64,000 nt of DNA from Podarcis filfolensis. Lineage: Eukaryota. The position numbers were made by a program, and so were the translations under genes. Below are positions 14,400-25,296 of the stretch, piece after piece (the first letter of the stretch is position 1; every line of letters begins with the position of its first letter). The notes under the pieces are model-generated. The model made no database searches. It was not told the DNA's origin and worked only from the letters and a program-made list of their open reading frames with translations. The DNA is taken from the NCBI GenBank assembly GCA_964270895.1, contig OZ185437.1; one strand, given 5' to 3'.

Positions 14400-14694
14400 T
14401 GTTATGTACTGAGTTGAATAGAATCCAAAATGCAGCAGTCTGATTGGTCCTAGAACAATAGAATCCAAAATGCAGCAGTCTGATTGGTCCGCAGGAGCCA
14501 CCCAACCCAACTCTAGGTGGAAGTGAACCCGCAACCAGATTGGCCTACAGGTGAATCCTGGAATTAGCCAATCACGTGGGGCCCATTGTGTAAATAATGT
14601 ATATAAAACAGACATTTCAGGGGAGCTCTCATTCCTCATTACTATGAGCTGAATAAAGAGCATGAAATCCACACTCGACTCCGAGTATCTTTCA
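14400..14694 (+). mobile_element. Solo LTR (LTR retrotransposon/ERV)
   Basis: TG...CA termini; 5-bp TSD CACAG (14395-14399 and 14695-14699); 34-bp direct repeat (14417-14450, 14457-14490); TATATAAAA 14600-14608; AATAAA 14652-14657. Confidence 0.85.
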
Positions 14695-15933
14695 CACAGG
14701 ATCTGCACAATATGTGCCCATGATAGTTATACAGTTGAGTTTCACACAGCAGTATTGACAGCAGGGAAAGCTCTACTGTTATTTAAAGAGTAAAAACAAA
14801 TTGCAGCTTAAGAGAGGAGTTCCCTCCCCAAGGGGTCCTGCAAATAAAAGGGTTGATGACGTAGGTTCCTCGCAATAAAAAAGTCAAGTCATTGTTTCTC
14901 CTCTAAAAGAAGATTCTTAAAAAAATATTATGCTAAACTGTCTCTATAATAGGGTCTCCAGTAGTATGTACTTCTGAATTTGTTGCCATTCTTAAAATCT
15001 ACAGTGATGGGCATGGTTTAATGGTTAAAATACCTTCCAAATGAACTTCATTGAATGGCCTTGTATACACACTTTATGGTATTTTCTTAAAACCTAATTG
15101 AGGGTTTTCCTGGTCTTTTAAACTTCTCTGGTGTCTCTCATTTGAGAATATATTTCAACTAATCTACTTGTTTAGACACCCAGATTAATCCTGAACTAAA
15201 TCTCTCTGTTATCTCAGGGTTCATATGCAGTTGCTTCAAGGGAATCCGATTCTGCTATTTAACAAATTGGCATGCTGCATGTGCAAGTGTAGATTCTTAG
15301 ATCTAGTTGCTGAAGTGTGGGAGGCCTTTGCAAGCAAAAATCAGCCACCAGGAGGGGAGTTAACCCTTTCTATGCCCACTCATTCACCGCAACAACACCC
15401 CCAGGCCACTTCCCAACTGCAGGCAGGCTTACATCCAGTTTCTGAGAAGGGGGGAAATATCAAAAACAGCTTGAAGCATTTGAAGCTGGTCTATGATTAA
15501 AGCAACGGAGGCAGCTCCAGCAGTCTCATTCTGCCCTTAGCCTGGCTGCCTTCTTATTTACAAGCAGTCCATGGGACGGTACTGCCTGTCAACTTCCTCC
15601 TTAGGTTCAATGTTGCCTTTGTAGAACTCAACAGGGATGAGGAGGAAGACAAAATGGGAATTGGTTGGCTCTGGCCTCCCTTGCTATTAGTCTCCCTGCC
15701 TTCCCAATCCTACCAGTCCCAGTGGACACCAATTTGTTCCAGAGGTCCGTACTTAACTACTAATTTGAGGAATGAGGTGGTTTTTTGTGAGCAAGCCCCA
15801 TTCAAATCACTACGTATGGACCAGGAAAATTTCATATTTTGGTTACTCTTTTATCATTTTGCCATTGTGAATATTGCCCAGTTAATGTTAAAATTATCAA
15901 CATCTGTGCCACCCACTTTTTTTCTCACAGTGA

Positions 15934-16197
<264 letters not shown>

Positions 16198-17479
16198 TAA
16201 AAGCTCATTTATTGTCCTGTGATAACTGTAAAATCTATCTGATAAGTCCCAGAATTTATTTTGGTAATATTGTACCCATATATCGTTCCATAAGCAGTAG
16301 GCAGCTTTTTATGTGAGGCATGTTAGTGAGGCTTATTGGGAATGGGACATTCAGCCCCCACTATCCATAAATGACAAGATTTAGTCCACCCTAGTTCCCC
16401 ATCTATCTACATGGTTGATGTGGGCAGGATCTGAAGTGGCTAAAGAAACTGCTTCCTGCCATCAATACAGATATCCCCAGTGGAAAATATATCTGCCTCG
16501 TCCAAAAACACACGTCATTGTGTGGTTATGTGATCTGCAGTGAAGATTTAGTAATTAATATATCACTGTGATTTTCATGCAGATCCAGTCAGGGCTTTTT
16601 TTGGCAAATGTAATGATATTATCCTTGTAATGTTTTTTGGATTGTCAAAAAGCATCCAGAAGAAATTTTACTCGTCTTGCAGGAGGTTAGGGAACACACT
16701 GTTCTATCCTCTTGAGCTTCTTAGTATAATTATGAATATTCTCAACCTATTTCAGCTGAGATGCAAAAAAATAATAATGGTGATATAATTAACCAAATTG
16801 TTTCCATGCCTTGTAGGCATGCTGTGTTATATTAATAATTAAAGTGAAGGATTTACCTTAGAGTTTATAAGTCAGAAATGTTATTTCTGATCCAGCTGCT
16901 AACTACTGGTCTTGAAGGAAGGAAACTGTGTAATCTGTGCTGAAATTCTTGTGAACCTAGATAAGCTTGCCTGCCTGCTGACACTGACACCTAGCTGTGA
17001 GTTTTAGTAACATGTTTTGGAATATTTTCCATGTTCCCTTTAAATGATCATTGTATACAGTACTTCTAAAAAGTTTGCTTCTATAAATAAATAACCCAAA
17101 CACCCCTGGGGCCCAATACAAGTCTTTTATTCAGAAGTATAGAGTGATATGCACTGAGTAAGGTGATATAGCACAGTGGTTAAAAACGTGTGCTATTACC
17201 TAGAGGTCACTGGTTTAACTATTAAATCACCCTATGCTCACTTAGTTTTAGGCAAGCCACTATTTTTCAGTCTCAACCTTTCAAATGGAATGTGAGAAAA
17301 ATACTACTACATTATGTGGCATAATTGTGATGCTTCCTTAAGACATATGTTTGGTGGAAGTAAACGAAAGTGCTGCTGAATTTGCAGGTTTCCTGTCTTC
17401 ACACTTAAGTCCAGTTTAAAGGAATCCCAGTTGAGCTCTTTCAGTTATTTCACTGATATTTAGGGCTAAACCATACATT

Positions 17480-17640
17480 GTGTTGAAGCTCCCAATATGG
17501 TTTTCATTTCATGTTTAGGGAAGCTTTTAATGTTTAATAGATTATTGTATTTTACAGTTTTGTTGGAAGCCGCCCAGAGTGGCTGGGGAAACCCAGCCAG
17601 ATGGGTGGGGTATAAATATATTAGTAGTAGTAGTAGTAAA
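17480..17640 (+). mobile_element. L2-type 3' tail (LINE or derived SINE)
   Basis: ggaagccgcccagagtggctggggaaacccagccagatgggtggggtataaat followed by an (AGT)n tail; family call from memory. Confidence 0.6.
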
Positions 17641-18622
17641 AACAGTCACAGCATTCCATGCACTTGTATTGGGGCTGCAGCATGGGGCAGAGGTTTCTCC
17701 TCCTTTTACTCAGCTATTTCACATTTTTAAACTAACCCCTGGTTTTCTACAAAGGGGCACTGGAGCTGAGTGATTTGCAGGTAAGAGCTCACAGATGAGC
17801 TCTGTCATTTGCACCTTGCAATTTCCATTTGCCATTGCCCTTTCTACATTGTTCCATACACATATTGGAAAATGACTGGAATACATGTGGGGGTGGGGGG
17901 TGTACATATTGGGGCGGGGGGTGTAGGAGAAAAGGAGTAGGCAAAAAAAGGTTAATCACTCTCCTCTCACCTGTCATTTTTTTCCTGCCAAATCATCCCT
18001 TCTTTACAATGGAAAACTTGTGAAAACACAAGTTGGCAACATAGCATGCACTTCTGGGCATAGAGCCAAACTGAGCAGTGAGGTGTAAATGGTAAACATG
18101 GTGATGGTAGATTCTTTCTGAATTGCTTTAAAACTGGACTGGGACAATTCAAAACACAGGCTGTAGATAGGAGAGGGTTAGTGAACACCTCTTCTGCCTG
18201 CACTTTCCCCCAAAAACTGCCTGTCCTCATTTTGCTCCTGGCTGGGCACCAAGACTTTTGAGTCCCTTTTGAGATAGAAAAACCTGAAGAAATGTTGTTC
18301 AGGGGAAATGTATGAGCAAGGGAAAGCTTCAACAGCTTTCCTTCCACCAACCACTACTGTGCTTTAAATTGCTCTGCTCCCTATATTGTAGAGAATGGGC
18401 ACAACCCTGTATTGTCTGGCCACTAAACACACTTGATTTGCTCCAGATTGTGTCCAATGTGTTATTTCAAGTATCCAAAGAGTGGAGGAGCCATGCTTAC
18501 TATGGCAGGTGCTACTTGTATGTGTAACACTTCTAGATGATTTTAAAGATTGTATGCTCTTAACCCCTTACCAAAACGACTATCCTAACCATGAATATTT
18601 GTCATACTGTACTGCACTCCAG

Positions 18623-18718
18623 GGCATTCTTGGGTCAGGATTTGCATTAAAAGTACAGGAACAGCATCGTCAGAAACATTTTGAAAAAAGAAGGAATCCC
18701 GCTGCCAGTTTAATTCAA
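18623..18718 (+). CDS. KCNQ5: KCNQ5 exon 7 (end of S6, start of helix A)
   Basis: ctccag|GGC...CAA|gtaagt; 96 nt; [32 protein letters not shown]; ends in phase 0. Confidence 0.98.
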
Positions 18719-19135
18719 GTAAGTGCCAAATGAATCAGATTTTTTGAAAAGTTTTCGTTCAGGGATATTATAATCCGTATCATGCAAAGTTGTAAAAGAA
18801 ATGCAAACATTATCCAGATTATTTGCCATGGTGCAGCATGTTGCAGTAAATATCTTCCTCCCATCTAGCTAGGAACCATGCACATATGGAACTGGACTTC
18901 TGCACACACAATCCAAACTGGATGGGAAATCATGCACAAAAACTGATGCACAAAAACTGTGATTCATCAAGTTGCAGGGGTGCTTCACATGTATTTCTTT
19001 TTAAAACCTGAAATCAAGCCAATCTGCAGCTCAAGGGTAGGGGCTAGATTATGTCCCTCATGTGCCTGCCTTCCTACTAAATGGCTGAATGGCACTATTT
19101 CAGATTTTTTTAAAGAGGGCTACATGCACACATGT

Positions 19136-19503
19136 GGGGACGCGGGTGGCGCTGTGGGTAAAACCTCAGCGCCTAGGACTTGCCGATCGCATGGTCGGCG
19201 GTTCGAATCCCCGCGGGGGGTGAGCTCCCGTCATTTGGTCCCAGCTCCAGCCCACCTAGCAGTTCGAAAGCACCCTTAAGTGCAAGTAGATAAATAGGTA
19301 CCGCTTTATAGCGGGAAGGTAAACGGCGTTTCCGTGTGCTGCTCTGGTGCCGGTTCGCCAGAGCAGCTTCGTCACGCTGGCCACGTGACCCAGAAGTGTC
19401 TGCGGACAGCGCTGGCTCCCGGCCTCTAGAGTGAGATGAGCGCACAACCCTAGAGTCTGTCAAGACTGGCCCGTATTGGCAGGGGTACCTTTACCTTTAC
19501 CTT
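19136..19503 (+). mobile_element. Full-length Sauria SINE
   Basis: GGGGACGCGGGTGGCGCTGTGG head with A box, B box GGTTCGAATCC, (ACCTTT)n tail; 12-bp TSD TACATGCACACA (19121-19132 and 19504-19515). Confidence 0.95.
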
Positions 19504-22475
19504 TACATGCACACAACCAGTATGTTCTCTGTTAAACTCTTGGCTACAATCCACCACTTACTGCTGAATTCCTGTTGATGTCAATAGATGCTGTTTGTGC
19601 TTGACATGTCTCATGTTCAGTGCTTGCATAACACACTGTATGTAGTGTTTTCAAGAAATAATCACTCCAGAAGACCTAGAAAGATACATACTGTGTGATA
19701 TTTTGCATGACACAGTTTACAATATAGTTTTCTATAAAAAGCCAGAACTGATAAATAAATGTCAGATTAAATTATGGCACAGCACCATCGCCCACATTCA
19801 ATTAATTATTAGTAGTGGGTCTCTGACACTGTGCCAGGGGGTAAATGCATTCAGTTTGAAGGAAGAGACCTCTGTCCAAACAATTCACTACAACAGTTTG
19901 AATGATTGATCACAATAGCTGTTGGCCTAAAATTATGGGCACCTTCCCAGTGGTGGCATTGATGTGTAGAAGGAATCAAACAAAGTAAATCGAAATGTTA
20001 GCATATTTGATGTTTTAAACAGCTGCTTCATTTAATTACATTTCCTTTTAGTGCAATAGATTTCACTTCGTTGCTGTTTTGAATACTGCATGTTGTGTTG
20101 CTTGGCTTTTTTCACACCCAGTTAAATCAAGGTTTATATCCAAAGCGATTGTCTAGTATGCTGCCTGAGCTATTATTTAAGAGCCTAGAATCAATTCTCC
20201 ATTCTTTGTGTGTGTGTGCGCGCACACACATTATTCCTTTGAAAACCAGATTTGAAAACCTCTGAAAAACTTTGGCAGAACTGATTCCTGAATTATGCTG
20301 GATCATGCCCACAGAGTACAACTGCCAAATGTCTCTTTGGGGATCAGTAAGTCATTTCCTCAGCTTGTCATTTATGCTTGCCTTGGAAGTTGAGGTCTGA
20401 GCAATCACAGAGCATTCCCGCTCCCCAAACAGAATGATAGCTGGGAGGAAAGGGAACCTATCAAAGCTGTTATGCTGACATGACCACTGGACAAGTTCCA
20501 GGCTGTGCACAGTTCCTGGCAAGCATGGGAGCCTCCTTTATACATGGTTTGTAACAACATGGGAGGGATGCATATTGCTGTCAAAACCTCAACAGGGTTA
20601 ATATTAAAATGTGTGGAGGGAATGTGTGAAGGAGGGAAGAGATAGGAATTCACTTTCTATATTTGCTGAATTGCAGCTATATACTGTTATGAGCCAGCAA
20701 CTGTCAATTAAGAGCCTGCATGAATATGGACTTTACAAACTGCAGGTTCATCCCCACACTTGAGAATGGCAGCCCAAGCAGTGACGGTGAGCCGCCATCT
20801 CACTTTCTGCCAGGGTTAACTAGTAGTGTCAATTTAGCCCAGGATTCACACCTGATGAACTCAAGACAGAGTAGTTACAGACAGCCTCCTCTGCCTGAAG
20901 TCTCTGCTCCCCAAGGACCAGTGCAGAAATACCACAAAGGGCTTTTAATGGTATCAGACATGGCCTAAAGATAAGAAGACACCACCACCCCCATCCCACA
21001 TACAGAAACTTACCAGACTGGCAGCTGAATCTTAAACCAACACTAACTCCACCACACCTGAGGGGAACAGGCAACGTAGGGGGAGCAAGGCATATAGAGT
21101 TCTGCCCTTCAACACTTCACCACCATATCACTCACTACTCTTGCCTGAGACCTTGGTGCCACCCAGTCAAACAAATGCTGCAATGCAGTAGCACTATCTT
21201 GCATCCCATGAGCAGAGCAACACATGGCATATATCTGATGCCGGCTGGAGTGCATAGCCTGAGCTGCCGGCTCGTACATTGGGAGAGGGCAACTAAATGA
21301 AAGAGCCATGCCAACCAAAAAGCAAGGATTGTTCTGCCAATGCACCAGGTCCTAATAGGAGCGGCAGAGGGGTGAAGAGGGACTGCCAGACACAGCCTCA
21401 TGGTACTGGAAGACCTGGCCATATTGATTGGGGCTCAACTTTGTCTTAGAATTGCATAAGGCATCCAATGATGAAGGCCGTTATTTTTTGCACAGATCTA
21501 AATCTCTTGATTTGTACTAAAATGAATAGTAAGAATGTGAAATTTGAAAAATTGGGACTAGAAACCACTATCCTAGAAATATAACCTGTTCATACGATAT
21601 ATTATTAGCTTTATGATATGCTTAGTAGTGTACAGACATAGTGTCGTGGTTGAAAGTGTGAGCAGGGAGCTTCCTAGTTCAAAATCTTACCTCAGCCATG
21701 AATTTACAACATGGCCTCAGTATTACTGAGAATAATGTATGCAAAATACCATATAAAGTTTATCATCACACTAAAAGATGTGTTCTCCAAGATAATTGTA
21801 TTTGGTATTAATCTTATTTATTGTAATATTTTCAAATGCTGATTACCAGGATAAACAACTAACAGTTGTTGCTAAATACCTCCAGGTTTATGAGAATGCA
21901 ACTTGATATTGACTATAATGCACTGTTAAAATCATTTGAGATAAATGTCAAATGCACACACACACAGAGAGAGAGCAGCAAAATAGTTTCTTAAAGTTGT
22001 GGTAGATAAGTCCTTCTATTTTATTGAGCAACCCAAGCTACTGTAGGATTGAATACAGAACTCTGCTTGGCAGCCCCTAGCACGACCTTCCAAAAGGTTG
22101 GGAGACCCTCTGTAACATCATGGGAGGTGGGTTGGGGGCTGCAAGGGAATGGAGGGAAATCAAGTGAAAACTGCCCCCACCCCTTCTCTTCCTTCAGCAG
22201 GAAACCTTTGCTGGATTCCAGTTTCTCCACAAATGAAGGGAGCCCTTCCATTGAAATTGTGACTTTCTTGTGTACAGTTTTCTTGTGAATTTTAATACCT
22301 AACCAAATCTTCACTGCACTCTGCAAGCATAACCATACGGAACTAATTATTTAAGCCAAAGTAACAGGTATTGGTTCCAGCTTGAACAAAATGCAGATTT
22401 TCCATAGCGATAACAATGCTTTCATTTCATATACTGTTGGCTCCTTTGTGCTTTCTGTTGTTTCCTTTTCACAAG

Positions 22476-22564
22476 GCTGCTTGGTGGTTTTATGCTACTG
22501 ATTGCAGACGAACAAACCTGACAGCCACTTGGCGATATTATGAAAGTATTCTTCCACCCCTTAG
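22476..22564 (+). CDS. KCNQ5: Candidate alternative KCNQ5 exon 8a (KCNQ2/3/4-type helix-A exon), probably mutually exclusive with 8b
   Basis: tttccttttcacaag|GCT...CTTAG|gcatgt; 89 nt, phase 0 to 2, open frame AAWWFYATDCRRTNLTATWRYYESILPPL(R). 19/30 identical to the human KCNQ4 segment as recalled ([30 protein letters not shown]). Needs a GC donor; no transcript evidence available. Confidence 0.8.
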
Positions 22565-22704
22565 GCATGTATCAGTGCTACAAATGACACAAAAAAGCCA
22601 TGACTTGTATTGGTATACTAATATGCTTTTCTTTTCTTTTTTGTTTCATCCCCTGCTCCCTCTTGCCTTTATTTCCCTTTCTTCATCATATATCCTACAT
22701 GTAG

Positions 22705-22800
<96 letters not shown>

Positions 22801-23847
22801 TAGGTAAAAATTTGGCAGCTGGTGCTGTACTTGATGTCTGTTTTGAGCTTATAAAAATCAGTGTGTGGTTTTGTCTTGTTGTCCCCCCCCCCCTTTTAAT
22901 GCCATTCATTAAGGAACTTAGGTAGCAAACTGAGACAATTACACATCCTCCAAACATAATGACAAATCGGATTCCCATTTTCTTTTGTTTCTGAGCCATT
23001 ATTACAACAAAGCAATAGAAGACTTTTTCTGCCACCAGGCCCTCAAAACCCTGCTGGAAGTTAATCTTCTAATAGCATCTAGGCAAAATATTACCTGTGT
23101 TGGACTCAGTTAATGCTAATTCATCCTACTTCACATGGTTGGTGATATATTATTCCAATCTCTAGGGCACCACACTGGCTACCCCTGCATTATTTATTGT
23201 CGATTTCTAGCAGCTTAGACCTGCTGACTTCCATTGGTTTCTCTCAATCTAATTGTGCTTAGAGTTAGAAGAAAAAGCAGGCGTAAAAACAGCATGTAGG
23301 TCAAAGGACCACACTAATTTATACCAGCAGAGGTTTTGTCTTGTTACTATTCAGATTAGGAAAAGACTGAATGAAACCCAACCAACTGGTTAATTCACCA
23401 CAAACAATTTGCTGCTTCTTTCAGTTTGCAGTACTGTGCTTTTTGCATAAAGCTGCTGTGTTTTTCTTTTTCTTTGTAATAAACAGAAGCTTAAATGTCA
23501 CCATGTTATCCTTACTGTCAATTACATTCCACATGTTTCCTCTTCCTGTGAGAAACCTGTGTAGGAGGGTGTTAGTAATAAAACTGATACGGCTGTTCTT
23601 CATTCCCATTAGATGGGTCATACTGATATGAATCCTGGGAAACATCTATTTTCAGTGGGAGAGAAATGCGTAGCTTTCTACTTCTATGTGTAATGGAAAT
23701 GCAGATAACAATATCATTTCATCATATATGTTCCTTGTTAGATAATCATAGTTAACAAAGAAATAGTCCCTATTCATTTGAGGGCAGAATTTGGTTGAGA
23801 GAAACATGCCTATTGCAGAAATTCCATATTAAAGAATAATCAAAATA

Positions 23848-24072
23848 CAGTGGTACCTCTGGTTGTGAACGGGATCCGTTCCGGAGGCCTGTTTGCAACC
23901 TGAAAAGAACGCAGCCCGTGTCTGCGCGGGTCGCGATTCGCCACTTCTGCGCATGCACATGACATCATTTTGCGCATCTGCGCAAGCGGCAAAACCCAGA
24001 AGTAACCTGTTCCTGTACTTCCGGGTCGCCGCAGTAAGCAACCTGAAGCAAACGTAACATGAGGTATGACTG
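23848..24072. mobile_element. Tc1/mariner-pogo (Tigger-like) MITE
   Basis: TA|CAGTGGTACCTC...GAGGTATGACTG|TA; TA target duplication. Confidence 0.85.
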
Positions 24073-25269
24073 TACTGCTTTTTAATTACAAACACACACA
24101 CAACAATATCAATTGGGCATCCTTCTAGGAATTATGACAACAAAATCATGCTTGTATTATCTACATTAGAAAGTGTTTTCCAGAAGAAAGTTCTAGAAGT
24201 TTGGAATGGATTTTAGCATGTTTTCATATGGCACAGCAATTCTTGTTATTTCTTTTGCTTTAAAAACTGTCACCAAACCATTTTGAGCTGTAAGAATAAG
24301 TGAAGATGGAAAACAAATAGATTCTGAACAAGAATCCTATACACTCCTAAATTCCTTACTCTCTCTTCTAGAGCTGAGACTTTGGTGTGTACTACCTTTC
24401 TTACAGAAGGGAACTGAAAGTTATGTGGAGTTCTCAAGACCCATTTGTTGTGGCTAAACTATAATTGTTACTGCTATTTTGCCTAACAACAATAAAATAT
24501 GGGGAGACATGCAACTGTTTAAAAAGACAAAGGGTGGCAGAGAAAGATTATGTTTCCGTCTAGTTTGTCTTCTCTTCCATTTTCCCCACTTGGATGGGCA
24601 CAGAAAGCTGATTTGTAAATTTCATCTAATTGGCAGGCACAAAGCTCATGATTGCTCCACTGGAACTCCTAAAAGCTTCAAAATAAAAATATTTTGTTCT
24701 CAGAGGCCAGAAATGTTGGTTTTAATTGTGTTTTAGACAATCACTGTTTAGACTTAAGAGTTATCTAAGTTATGTAAACAGTTAAGTCATAGTCTGACTA
24801 AATATATTACAGTACACTTCTGGCCAAGGAAAAATATTATCTGACATCAGTCCTCTGTGTGAAATCTCAGGTCCCAGTTATTAAGTCAAATGTGCTCCAT
24901 TAAAACAGATATCTGCATCTAATAATAAGCCTACAGCTTTCTGTTATCTGTATATCAGCACCTGCATTTTGCCTAAATAAGTGCTTTGCCAACTCATTCA
25001 ATAATGGTATGTACTAAGTGCATTTAGCATGCCTTGAGGTGCCGTTCAAATATTTTTTCTGATGTCACGGTAGTTATATTAGTCCCTGCTTGAATGTTTT
25101 GTGTTTGCTTTATAAAATGTTATTATTAAATGTATTAATTTGATTAACACAGCCAGCTGTGATATAGCGTTTATCTAATAATGTTTGTAACCACATCATA
25201 ATCGGTACTGCCAGCATAACAAATTTCTTTCTTCCCAAACTTTCTCTCTTCCGTTATTGACACCTGAAG

Positions 25270-25296
25270 GAAAGAACAAGGGGAAGCATCTAGCAG
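25270..25296 (+). CDS. KCNQ5: KCNQ5 27-nt cassette microexon (exon 9)
   Basis: cacctgaag|GAAAGAACAAGGGGAAGCATCTAGCAG|gtttgt; (K)KEQGEASS(S), phase 2 to 2; matches the known KKEQGEASS insert. Confidence 0.93.

Noticed and set aside
19136-19215. tRNA-like A and B boxes (also at 62604)
   Set aside because: These are tRNA-derived SINE heads; there is no cloverleaf or acceptor stem, so they are not tRNA genes.
23487-23631. Pyrimidine tract + AG followed by an open frame (RSLNVTMLSLL...) as an extra KCNQ5 cassette
   Set aside because: No phase-2 GT donor found and no resemblance to Kv7 paralogue inserts.
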